Origin: Arcobacteraceae bacterium
Lineage (GTDB): Bacteria > Campylobacterota > Campylobacteria > Campylobacterales > Arcobacteraceae
DNA length: 64,000 nucleotides
Direction of reading: 5' to 3'
NCBI GenBank assembly: GCA_048268245.1
Contig: JBLWVX010000001.1
Coordinates: forward strand, 96,001 to 160,000
This document shows positions 30,266-39,619 of this stretch, one piece after another. The translations under genes were made by a program, and so were the position numbers. The number at the start of each line of letters is the position of its first letter. Position 1 is the stretch's first letter. The notes under the pieces are model-generated. The model did not search any database. It saw only the letters and a list, made by a program, of their open reading frames with translations, and had not been told where the DNA came from.

Positions 30266-32374
30266 ATGCAGTTAACAAACATTACAACTAGAACAAATCT
30301 TTTAATAGCATTTATCTCTATATCTTTTACTTTTATTATTTCTGTTTATTTTCAATATAAAAACTTTGAAGAAGAAATAAAACATGTAAAAGAAGATTTT
30401 ATTGAACTAAAAAAAATTGAAATAAAAACTGAAGTTTTAAGAGTTTATAAAAGTATAGAAAAAAAAGAAAAAGAAATTAATAATAAAATAAAAGAAAACC
30501 TAAAAAAAAGAGTAGCTCTTGCTCATACCATAGCTACTTCGATATATGAAGATAATAAAAACATTAAAAGTGATGAAGAAATTAAATATTTAATTGTTAC
30601 AGCCTTAAAAAATATTTCTTTTACAAATAAAAGATCTTACTTTTTTATAAATAAAAATGATGGTAAAGCAATACTTTTTAATACAAAATCAATGCTAAAT
30701 AAAAATATAAATAATTGGAACTTAAAAGATAAAAAAGGTAAAGCCTTTATTCAAGAACAATCAAAAATAGCATTAACTAAAAAAGAAGGTTTTTTAAAAA
30801 CTCACTTTGTTAAACCTGATTTAAAAGATAATATTCAATATCCAAAACTAAGTTATGTAAAATTATTTTCCCCTTACAATTGGCATATTGGAACAGGTGA
30901 ATATATAGATGATGTAGTCAAAGATACACAAGATACTATTTTAACTGATATTGCTAATATTAGATATGGAAAAGAAGGATATATTTTTGTAAATAGAATT
31001 GATAAAAAATCTTTAATTTTTAATGGAGTAAAACTTGACAAACCCAAAGATTATACAAATACAAAACTATTTAATATTCAATTAGAAAGTATGCAAAAAG
31101 GTGATTTTTTTCAATATAATTTTAGAAAACTAAATACAAAAAAAGAATTTCCTAAAATATCTTTTGTAAAACAATATCATAAATGGGGTTGGATTATTGG
31201 AACTGGCTTATATATAGATGAAGTTAATAGCCATATTGAGCTAAGACAAAAAGAAGTAAAAAATAGTATTGTATTACAAATTATTAGTTTAATATTAGTT
31301 TCTATTAGTCTATTTTTATTAGTTTATTTTATCTCAAAAAATATATCTGAAAAAATAAAAAAGAATATTGAAAACCTTGTAAGTTCCTTTAAAGTAGCAT
31401 CAAAAAATAGTAAAAAAATAAATACATCTTTACTAACTTATGATGAGTTTGAAGACTTAGCAAATAGTTTAAATCTGACTCTAAAATCAAGAAATAAAGC
31501 TATTCTTAAACAAAAAAACTATTTAGATATCATAGATGAAAATGTTATAACCTCTTCTACAGATAAAGAAGGGATAATAACAAATGCTAGTAATGCTTTT
31601 TGTAATATTTCTAAATATTCAAAAAAAGAACTTATAGGTTCTTCACATAATATAATCCGTCATCCAGATGTTCCCAAAAAGTTTTATGAACAGATGTGGG
31701 AAACTTTAAATAGTGGTAAAGTATGGAAAGGTGAAATAAAAAATCTAAGAAAAGATGGAAAAGAGTATTGGGTAGATGCAATAATCCAACCTATATATAA
31801 AAATAAAGAAATAGTTGGATATACAGCTATAAGACATGATATTACAGATAAAAAGAAAGTTGAATACTTATCAATAACAGATGAATTGACAGGATTAAGA
31901 AATAGAAGATTCTTTAATGAAGTAATTAAAAAGGAATTATCAATAGCTAAAAGAAATAAATCTTTTCTTACATTTATGATGTTAGATATTGATTACTTTA
32001 AAAAATATAATGATACTTATGGACATCAAAAAGGAGATGAAGCTTTAAAAAAAGTGGCAAAAGCTTTAAAAAGTTCATGTAAAAGAGGTGGAGATTATTC
32101 TTTTAGACTAGGAGGAGAAGAATTTGGTGTTTTATTTATAAGTGAAAATACCCAAGGTTCAGAAACCTTTGCAAATAATTTTTTAAAAGAAGTTGAAACA
32201 TTAAATATAGAGCATAAAGAAAGTTTAGTATCAAAAAATATCACTGTCTCAATTGGCTTAGTTACGAAACAAGCTAATACACTTAAAAATGAAGACGAAT
32301 TATACAAACTAGCTGATGATGCTTTATATGAAGCAAAAGAAAATGGAAAGAATCAAGTAGTAGTAAAAGAGTAA
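30266..32374 (+). CDS. Cache-PAS diguanylate cyclase
   Basis: Two Cache repeats (WHIGTGEYIDD, WIIGTGLYIDE), PAS, GGEEF with RxxD I-site (RGGD). Confidence 0.92.
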   Translation: MQLTNITTRTNLLIAFISISFTFIISVYFQYKNFEEEIKHVKEDFIELKKIEIKTEVLRVYKSIEKKEKEINNKIKENLKKRVALAHTIATSIYEDNKNIKSDEEIKYLIVTALKNISFTNKRSYFFINKNDGKAILFNTKSMLNKNINNWNLKDKKGKAFIQEQSKIALTKKEGFLKTHFVKPDLKDNIQYPKLSYVKLFSPYNWHIGTGEYIDDVVKDTQDTILTDIANIRYGKEGYIFVNRIDKKSLIFNGVKLDKPKDYTNTKLFNIQLESMQKGDFFQYNFRKLNTKKEFPKISFVKQYHKWGWIIGTGLYIDEVNSHIELRQKEVKNSIVLQIISLILVSISLFLLVYFISKNISEKIKKNIENLVSSFKVASKNSKKINTSLLTYDEFEDLANSLNLTLKSRNKAILKQKNYLDIIDENVITSSTDKEGIITNASNAFCNISKYSKKELIGSSHNIIRHPDVPKKFYEQMWETLNSGKVWKGEIKNLRKDGKEYWVDAIIQPIYKNKEIVGYTAIRHDITDKKKVEYLSITDELTGLRNRRFFNEVIKKELSIAKRNKSFLTFMMLDIDYFKKYNDTYGHQKGDEALKKVAKALKSSCKRGGDYSFRLGGEEFGVLFISENTQGSETFANNFLKEVETLNIEHKESLVSKNITVSIGLVTKQANTLKNEDELYKLADDALYEAKENGKNQVVVKE

Positions 32375-32384
32375 ACTCTTATTA

Positions 32385-33623
32385 CTACTTATTTAAATGT
32401 CCAGATAAATATCCACTAGAAAAAGACCATTGAAGGTTATATCCTCCACATGGTCCATCTAAATCCATAACTTCACCACAAAAATATAAACCTTCAACTA
32501 TTTTACTTTGCATAGTATTTGGATTTATCTCTTTTAGGCTCACGCCACCTCTTGTAATCATAGCTTTTTTAAAACCAACTGAGTCTGTAACTGTAAATGG
32601 TGTATTTGCAACAATCTTTACTAAATCATTTCTTGTTTGTCCATCTTGATCTTTGAACTTTTTATCAAGATTTGCACCAACTTGTATACATAATTCTTTA
32701 GATACAGAAAGAGGAAGCAAAGAACCTAAAAGCTCAACCACATTTGCATCAGGTTTTAAAGAAGCCTGCTTTTTTAAGTGCTGAAAAATCTCATCTTCAC
32801 TTTTACCTTTAACCATATTTATTAAAAGTGGAACTTCTTTATATTTTTCAAGTAAAGGAGTAATTTCCCTTGAAAAATCTAAAATTACTGGTCCTCTTAA
32901 ACCTTTTGATGTAAAAATTAAATCTCCTACAGCTTTTAACTTTTTAGCTTTTTTTAAATCAATTCGCACAATTGCTTTTGCAATAGTATCAGCTGTACAG
33001 TTTGCTACCCAAGTCTCTTTTGTATATACAGGAAGCATTGCCGGATATAAATCAGTTACTTTATGTCCTACTTCCTTTGCAAACTCATAACCATCACCAT
33101 TAGCTCCAAGCATAGGAAAACCAAGTCCTCCTGTTGCAACTATTACATGTGGTGATTCAAAGTTTCCTTTTTGAGTTTGAACTCCTGTGATTTTTGTGTT
33201 ATCACATAAAAGTCTATCTACTTTACAATCACATAAAACTTCTATTTCTAATCTTTCTAACTCTTTTTGTAAAGCATTTATAATTGTAGATGAGTTGTGA
33301 GTAACAGGAAAAATTCTAAATCCATCTTTTGTATCTGTTTGAACTCCTATACTTGAAAAAAACTCTCTTAAATCATTTTTATCAAGCATATTAATAGCTG
33401 TCATCATAAACTTACCATTTTTTCCAAAAGAGTTCATGAAATCCTCTTTACTTAAAGTATTAGTAAGGTTACATTTTCCTCCACCAGTTGCTTTTAGTTT
33501 TGCTCCAAGTGAACTTAGCTTTTCTAAAAGTAAAACATCAAATCCTAATTTTTTTGCAGTTATTGCTGCAATCATTCCAGCTCCGCCAGAACCAACTACT
33601 ATTACATCATATTGTTTTTTCAT
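32385..33623 (-). CDS. HI0933/BaiN-family flavoprotein
   Basis: VVGSGGAG, TGGGKCNLTN, ITRGGV, GEVMDLDGPCGGYNLQ. Confidence 0.92.
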   Translation of the reverse strand: MKKQYDVIVVGSGGAGMIAAITAKKLGFDVLLLEKLSSLGAKLKATGGGKCNLTNTLSKEDFMNSFGKNGKFMMTAINMLDKNDLREFFSSIGVQTDTKDGFRIFPVTHNSSTIINALQKELERLEIEVLCDCKVDRLLCDNTKITGVQTQKGNFESPHVIVATGGLGFPMLGANGDGYEFAKEVGHKVTDLYPAMLPVYTKETWVANCTADTIAKAIVRIDLKKAKKLKAVGDLIFTSKGLRGPVILDFSREITPLLEKYKEVPLLINMVKGKSEDEIFQHLKKQASLKPDANVVELLGSLLPLSVSKELCIQVGANLDKKFKDQDGQTRNDLVKIVANTPFTVTDSVGFKKAMITRGGVSLKEINPNTMQSKIVEGLYFCGEVMDLDGPCGGYNLQWSFSSGYLSGHLNK

Positions 33624-33671
33624 GGCGTAATCATAACCAAAGATTGTTGAAAAGTTTGATATACTTTCATC

Positions 33672-34679
33672 ATGAAAATTAGAGTTGGAACATTTAACCT
33701 ATTCCAGTTTGTAGAACCCCCTTACAGCTGGTATGAAAAAAAAGATAAATTTACACAAGAACAATGGATTGAAAAAAAAGCTTGGATAAAAGAACAAATC
33801 ACCCTAATGAACTGTGATGTTATTGGCTTTCAAGAAGTATTTTCCCAAGAAGCTTTAAAAGACTTATGTAAAGAGTTAGGGTTTGAATACTTTGTAACAG
33901 TTGACACACCAAAAGTTCATGAAAAAAATGAATTAATTTATGTAAGTACTACAGTTGCCCTTGCTTCAAAACACCCAATATCAAATATCAAAACTGTAAA
34001 AAAACATACTCCAAGTTTAAAAAAACATCACTTTAAAAGTGATTTTAAATTTGCTAGAACTCCTATAAAAGCTGATATTACACTTCCAAATGAACAAGAT
34101 ATTACAATATATGTTTGTCATTTAAAATCAAATAGAGAAAATGAATTTGAATATATTTTTAAAGAAGAGCATACTTTAGAACAAAAAAATGAGCAGGTTC
34201 AAAAAGCTTTAAAACAAAATTTTAGTAAATCTTTAAAACAAAGACTTTGTGAAGCTTCATCACTATTTTTTGATATGAAAAAATTAAAAGATAAACCTTA
34301 TATTTTAGTTTGTGATTTAAATGATAGATTACACTCTATTACTATAGATGCTCTATCAAACAATAAATACCATGATGAAAATAGAAAAGAAACACTTATC
34401 TTAAAAGATGCATATTATGAACATGAAAGGAAAATATATAATCCTCACCCTGAACAAAAAGAGATAAAAAGAGAAGCTACAAGCTATTTTGTTGGAAAAG
34501 GAAATGTTTTAGATTTTATTTTTATAAGTAATGCTTTTAGTAAAAAAAATAAAAATTCCATTGCAAATGTAGAAAACTATGAAATATTTAATAAACATAT
34601 TGAAGAAAACCATGATGGCTCAATATTAAAAAGCGACCATGCTCAAGTAGTTTGTCAATTAAATTTCAAAAAAAATTGA
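33672..34679 (+). CDS. endonuclease/exonuclease/phosphatase family protein
   Basis: GTFNL, GFQEV, HLKS, CDLND, LDFIF, SDHA. Confidence 0.88.
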   Translation: MKIRVGTFNLFQFVEPPYSWYEKKDKFTQEQWIEKKAWIKEQITLMNCDVIGFQEVFSQEALKDLCKELGFEYFVTVDTPKVHEKNELIYVSTTVALASKHPISNIKTVKKHTPSLKKHHFKSDFKFARTPIKADITLPNEQDITIYVCHLKSNRENEFEYIFKEEHTLEQKNEQVQKALKQNFSKSLKQRLCEASSLFFDMKKLKDKPYILVCDLNDRLHSITIDALSNNKYHDENRKETLILKDAYYEHERKIYNPHPEQKEIKREATSYFVGKGNVLDFIFISNAFSKKNKNSIANVENYEIFNKHIEENHDGSILKSDHAQVVCQLNFKKN

Positions 34680-34731
34680 CATTTATATAAAAATACACTT
34701 TTTATACATGAATTCTCATTATAATACTTTA

Positions 34732-34845
34732 AGAAATAAATTAAACCCATTAATTTATTTCTAGAGTAGGCAGTAGTATTTGCTTCCTTAAAACTCCTCC
34801 TTATTCAAAAAAGAGAAAAGTTTTGTGCTTACTTTTCTCTTTTTT
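34732..34845 (+). ncRNA. candidate trans-acting sRNA with anti-Shine-Dalgarno motif
   Basis: TATAAT at 34720-34725, 13-bp 5' hairpin, CTCCTCCTT at 34794-34802, terminator at 34807-34845. Confidence 0.55.
34807..34845. terminator. bidirectional intrinsic terminator (mfd / candidate sRNA)
   Basis: AAAAAAGAGAAAAGT-N9-ACTTTTCTCTTTTTT. Confidence 0.8.
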
Positions 34846-34903
34846 CATTAACTAACAATTTTTTCCTATTAAAACATACAAACATAACATATTATATATT
34901 TTC

Positions 34904-37891
34904 TTACTTTCGTAAATACTTTAAAGTAGTTGCTATGATATCATCATCGTCTTTTGATGGAGATTTTATAGTCTCTTTTGAATCATCATCTTTTACAAAT
35001 ATTATATTCATTTCATAAGATGAAATAGTTTTAATTTTCTTAGATAAACTTAATATCTTTATCATAATAAGCTCTAAAAACTGTTTTGTAGGAAGGTCTG
35101 GTTTACCAAATCTATCTTCCATTTCTTCTTCAATTGCATAAACTGCTTCTTTATCATGACATTTAGAAAGTCTTCTATAAAGCTCTAACCTTACTCTATC
35201 TTCTGTAATATACTCATCTGATAAGTAAGCGGAAATAGCAAGTTTTATATCAACTGTTTTATTTTCTTCTTTTGTTTCACCACTTAAACTAGCAAGAGCT
35301 TCTTCTAACATCTTAAGATATAAGCCATACCCTATTTGCTTGATATGACCACTTTGAGCTTCACCTATGATATTTCCACCACCTCTTATTTCTAAGTCTT
35401 GATGAGCAAGAGCTGTACCACTTCCTAAATATGAGTTTGATTCTAAAGCAACAAGTCTTTTTACTGCATCATTTGTGATTTGTTTTTTATCTTCAACCAC
35501 ATAATAACAGAAACCTTCCTTATCACTTCTACCAACTCTTCCTCTTAACTGATGTAAATCAGCAATACCGAATCTATCAGCTCCATCAATAATAATAGAG
35601 TTTGCATTTGGTAAATGAAGACCTGATTCCACAATAGATGTAGCAAGTAAAATATCAAACTCTTTGTTTTCAAAAGCATCAATAATCTTTTCAGCTTGTG
35701 CAGGTTTTATCTTAGAGTGAATAACTTCAACTTTGATATTTGGAATAATCTCTTCAATATCACCTTTTTTAGCTTCAATTGAAGCAATGTTATTATGAAC
35801 ATAGAAAAGCTGTCCACCTCTTCTTTTTTCTCTTAAGATTATCTCTTTTATAAGCTTATCACTGTACTCTTTTACATAAGTTCTAACCCCTAATCTCTCA
35901 CTTGGAGGAGTAAGTAAAGCACTCATACCTTTAAGTTTTGATAAGGCAAGATTTAAAGTTCTTGGAATTGGAGTAGCACTCATTGAGAAAATATGAACAT
36001 CTTCTCTTAAAGCTTTTAATTTCTCTTTTTGTTTTACACCAAATTTATGCTCTTCATCAATAACAACTAAAGCTAAATCATTTGTTTTAACACCAAGTAA
36101 TGAGTGAGTTCCCACAACTAGTTTAATCTCACCTGACTCAAGTCCTTTTTTGATATGATTTTTTTCTTTAGTTGTAGTTTTCCCATCCAACTTAGCCATA
36201 GCAAAACCATACTGCTCAAATCTTTTTTTCATTCCATGGAAATGTTGTGTAGCAAGTAGTGTTGTAGGACAGACAAATAATGCTTGTTTTCCATCTAAGA
36301 TAACGGCTAAAAGTGCATTCATTGCAACTTCTGTTTTACCAAAACCAACATCACCTGACAAAAGTCTATCCATAACTCTACCACTGCTTAAATCAGTAAA
36401 AATATCTCTCACTGCTTTAGCTTGATCTTTTGTATATTCAAAGCCTGCATTTTTTTGGAAATCAAGTAAAGCTTGTTTATCAGTATTTATTTTAACACCA
36501 TTTATAAGCTCTCTTGCAGCTGCAATTTTGATAATATCATTTGCAATTGCAAATAGTTTGTCTTTTACTTTATCTTTAAGTTTAGCAAAACTTCCTTTTC
36601 CAAGCTTATCAACAGTTGCATAAGAGCTTCCATCAGCTATATATCTATCAATTAAATCAATATTTTCAACAGGAATTAAAAGCTTATCATCCCCTGCATA
36701 CATAACAATAACAAAGTCTCGTTTAGCTCCCATAACTGTAACAGGCTCTATACCTTTGTATTGACCAATACCGTGTTTTTCATGAACAACAAAATCATTT
36801 TCCTGAAGTTCATCAAGTACAAGTTTTACTCTTTTCTTTCTTCTTGTTTTTATCTCTTTGTTTAAAGATATAATAATTTCATCATCACCAATAATATTTA
36901 AGATATATGGTTCAATAATATAGTTAATATTTGTATCACTAAGTTCTAAATCAAAAGCTTTTACTTTAGCTTCTGATGAAGAGATAATATTCACTTTTTT
37001 ATCTTTATGAAAAGAGATAAACTCTTTTATATTTGCAGGAGCTATTTCTTGGTATGTTTTTGCTTTATAGATTTGAGGGGTTGCTAAAAACTTGTCTTTA
37101 TTTAATCTTTTTTCTTCAAATACATAAACTTCATCTAACTCTTCTAAAGCTTCTTGTGTGATGAAGCTATTCATATTTTGAGGTAGATACTCACCTAAAT
37201 CATTTAAATACCAAAAACCTAGTGAGTGAATATCTTTTACAAAAGTATCAGATTCTACACTTTGAACTTGTTCATTTATTCCCTCAAAAGTCTCTTCATC
37301 AAGGGCTAAAAAAGCAGGTGTGATTGTAAAGTTTTCAATCTCTTCTTTAAAAGATTTTTGATCTTCAATATCAAACTTTCTTATACTTTCAACTTCATCA
37401 TCGAAAAAAGAGACTCTATATCCAAACTCACTTCCTAAAGGACAAATATCTAAAATATCACCTCTTATAGAAACTTCTGCTTCTGAAGTTACAATATCTA
37501 CAAAATAGTAACCCCAATTGTAAAGTTTTGATTTTAATTCTTCAAGATTTATAGTGTCAGCAAAAGCTATTTCATAGTTATCAAAACATTTTGCTTTTGG
37601 CATAGCATATGATATAGTTCTAATGGGGGAGATTAAAATTTTGTTTTGTTTTTTGTAGTTATAAAAACCATTTAAAGCTCTTGTAATATCTTGTAACTCT
37701 TCACTAAATGAAAGTAAGTCATCTCCAAAATTAGCTCTAAAATCAGATAAGACAAAAGGAGTAAATCCTAAGTAAGAGACAATATCATTTGCTATTTGAG
37801 CTTGTTTATCATCATTTACAATTAAAAGTTCACACTCTTTTAATCTTTTTTCATCTTTTAAATTTTTTAAGAATTCGTAAATACTTTTCAC
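34904..37891 (-). CDS. mfd: transcription-repair coupling factor
   Basis: CarD/TRCF domain (VVHEKHGIG), GDVGFGKTEVA, DEEHKFG, SATPIPRTL, QLRGRVGR. Confidence 0.97.
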   Translation of the reverse strand: MKSIYEFLKNLKDEKRLKECELLIVNDDKQAQIANDIVSYLGFTPFVLSDFRANFGDDLLSFSEELQDITRALNGFYNYKKQNKILISPIRTISYAMPKAKCFDNYEIAFADTINLEELKSKLYNWGYYFVDIVTSEAEVSIRGDILDICPLGSEFGYRVSFFDDEVESIRKFDIEDQKSFKEEIENFTITPAFLALDEETFEGINEQVQSVESDTFVKDIHSLGFWYLNDLGEYLPQNMNSFITQEALEELDEVYVFEEKRLNKDKFLATPQIYKAKTYQEIAPANIKEFISFHKDKKVNIISSSEAKVKAFDLELSDTNINYIIEPYILNIIGDDEIIISLNKEIKTRRKKRVKLVLDELQENDFVVHEKHGIGQYKGIEPVTVMGAKRDFVIVMYAGDDKLLIPVENIDLIDRYIADGSSYATVDKLGKGSFAKLKDKVKDKLFAIANDIIKIAAARELINGVKINTDKQALLDFQKNAGFEYTKDQAKAVRDIFTDLSSGRVMDRLLSGDVGFGKTEVAMNALLAVILDGKQALFVCPTTLLATQHFHGMKKRFEQYGFAMAKLDGKTTTKEKNHIKKGLESGEIKLVVGTHSLLGVKTNDLALVVIDEEHKFGVKQKEKLKALREDVHIFSMSATPIPRTLNLALSKLKGMSALLTPPSERLGVRTYVKEYSDKLIKEIILREKRRGGQLFYVHNNIASIEAKKGDIEEIIPNIKVEVIHSKIKPAQAEKIIDAFENKEFDILLATSIVESGLHLPNANSIIIDGADRFGIADLHQLRGRVGRSDKEGFCYYVVEDKKQITNDAVKRLVALESNSYLGSGTALAHQDLEIRGGGNIIGEAQSGHIKQIGYGLYLKMLEEALASLSGETKEENKTVDIKLAISAYLSDEYITEDRVRLELYRRLSKCHDKEAVYAIEEEMEDRFGKPDLPTKQFLELIMIKILSLSKKIKTISSYEMNIIFVKDDDSKETIKSPSKDDDDIIATTLKYLRK

Positions 37892-38202
37892 TATTTTTCT
37901 TCTTTTAACTCTTCAAAAAAACCAGTTTCTTTATCAAAATAGTGGGGTGGATAAGGTGTTTCATTTAATAAAAATACTAAATTTGCATTTTCAAAACCTG
38001 CTTTTTGAAGACCTTCTTTAAAAATCTCTAAAATAAAAGCTTTTGTTGTAACTAATGTTGTAGTAGAAAATGAAGTATAAACATGTTTTTCACCTTCAAC
38101 TGCTTTAAAACTCTTTCTTTTTAAGAACTTTTCTAACTTCTCTTCATCTTGAAGTCCACCAACATCAAGTAAAACTAATACATCAATTTGCTCTTGAGCC
38201 AT
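37891..38202 (-). CDS. hypothetical protein
   Basis: AAAGGA RBS; overlaps the mfd start. Confidence 0.75.
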   Translation of the reverse strand: MAQEQIDVLVLLDVGGLQDEEKLEKFLKRKSFKAVEGEKHVYTSFSTTTLVTTKAFILEIFKEGLQKAGFENANLVFLLNETPYPPHYFDKETGFFEELKEEK

Positions 38203-38347
38203 AAATTTTCCTTTTTGCTTTTTCTTAGTGCGTATTGTATTTAAAATATCATTAATTTGGAATTTTAAAGAATTTATTAAAAAATAATCTTCTATCTATG
38301 TAGTACCTACTATTTTAGTTATAATATAATTTTAAGGAGTAATAAAT

Positions 38348-39607
38348 ATGAAACGTAGGGATTTTATAAAAAAAAGTGCAACTGCTACTACAGCTATATT
38401 AGGTTTTCCTGCAATTTTAAGTGCAAAAAACAAATATCCAACAATAAAAGTATTAGGTACTCATGTTACTTTACAAGAACAAATAAGATTAAGAGCGCAA
38501 AAAGAATTAAAAATTAATATTGAGTTTTTTCCAGGAGGAAGTGCTGAGGTTCTAACAAAAGCTATTGCTGATCCAAGTTCATTTGATTTATATGAACAGT
38601 GGTCAAATAGTACAAGACTTCTTTGGAATTCAGGAAGTATTCAAGCTATAGATACAAAAAAGTTAACCTATTGGAATGAAATAAATAGTTTAGCTAAAAC
38701 AGGTAAAATCACTCCTTCTTCTACTATTGCACCAGGTGATTCTCCAAATAAGATTTTATATATTCAAAATGATAAAACTTTAGGTTCAACTCCTAGTGAA
38801 CAAATCTCTTTTATGCCCTATGTACATAATGTAGATTCATTTGGCTATAACTCAAATATCATTAAACAAGGTACTCCTTACGAAAGTGAGAGTTGGGGAT
38901 GGTTGCTTGATAAAAAGTATAATGGAAAAGTAGCTATTGTAAATGAACCATCTATTGGATTATTTGACTTAATACTAGCTACAAAGGCTCAAGGTTTAGT
39001 TGATTATAAAGATATAGGAAATCTTACTATTAAAGAAATTGACGCTTTATTTGATGTATTATTTGAATATAAAAAAGAAAATCATTTTAGAGGTTTTTGG
39101 AATTCTGTACCTCACTCTATTGAACTTATGAAAAATAACGAAGTGAATATACAAAGTATGTTCTCTCCAGGGGTTAGTGCTTTAAATGAAATGGGTATTC
39201 CATGTATTTATGCAGCACCTAAAGAAGGATTTAGAGCTTGGTATGGAGTTATGTGTTTATCATCTGAATCAAAAGGAGAAAAACAAGAAGCTGCTTATTC
39301 TTACATGAATTGGTGGTTATCTGGGTGGCCTGGTGCTTTTATAGCAAGACAAGGTTATTACATTTCAAACCCCCAACGATCAAAACCATTAATGAGTCAA
39401 GAAGAATGGAACTATTGGTACAAAGGGGAAAAAGCAAAAACTCATTTATATGGAACTAATGGAAAAATATCAGTGAAAAAAGGTATGCAAAGAAGTGGAG
39501 GATCTTACATAAATAGATTTAATAATATTGCCGTTTGGAATACAGTAATGCCTAACTTTGATTACACTTTATACAAATGGAATAAACTTGTTAGAAGAGC
39601 ATACTAG
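38348..39607 (+). CDS. Tat-exported periplasmic solute-binding protein (PotD/PotF-like)
   Basis: KRRDFIK twin-Arg signal; NVDSFGYN, SWGWLLD, APKEGFRAW. Confidence 0.8.
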   Translation: MKRRDFIKKSATATTAILGFPAILSAKNKYPTIKVLGTHVTLQEQIRLRAQKELKINIEFFPGGSAEVLTKAIADPSSFDLYEQWSNSTRLLWNSGSIQAIDTKKLTYWNEINSLAKTGKITPSSTIAPGDSPNKILYIQNDKTLGSTPSEQISFMPYVHNVDSFGYNSNIIKQGTPYESESWGWLLDKKYNGKVAIVNEPSIGLFDLILATKAQGLVDYKDIGNLTIKEIDALFDVLFEYKKENHFRGFWNSVPHSIELMKNNEVNIQSMFSPGVSALNEMGIPCIYAAPKEGFRAWYGVMCLSSESKGEKQEAAYSYMNWWLSGWPGAFIARQGYYISNPQRSKPLMSQEEWNYWYKGEKAKTHLYGTNGKISVKKGMQRSGGSYINRFNNIAVWNTVMPNFDYTLYKWNKLVRRAY

Positions 39608-39619
39608 ATAGGATAAAAT

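Noticed and set aside
34676..34681. TTGACA as the -35 box of the candidate sRNA
   Set aside because: It is 38 nt from the TATAAT at 34720, and there is no -10 box at 17-nt spacing.
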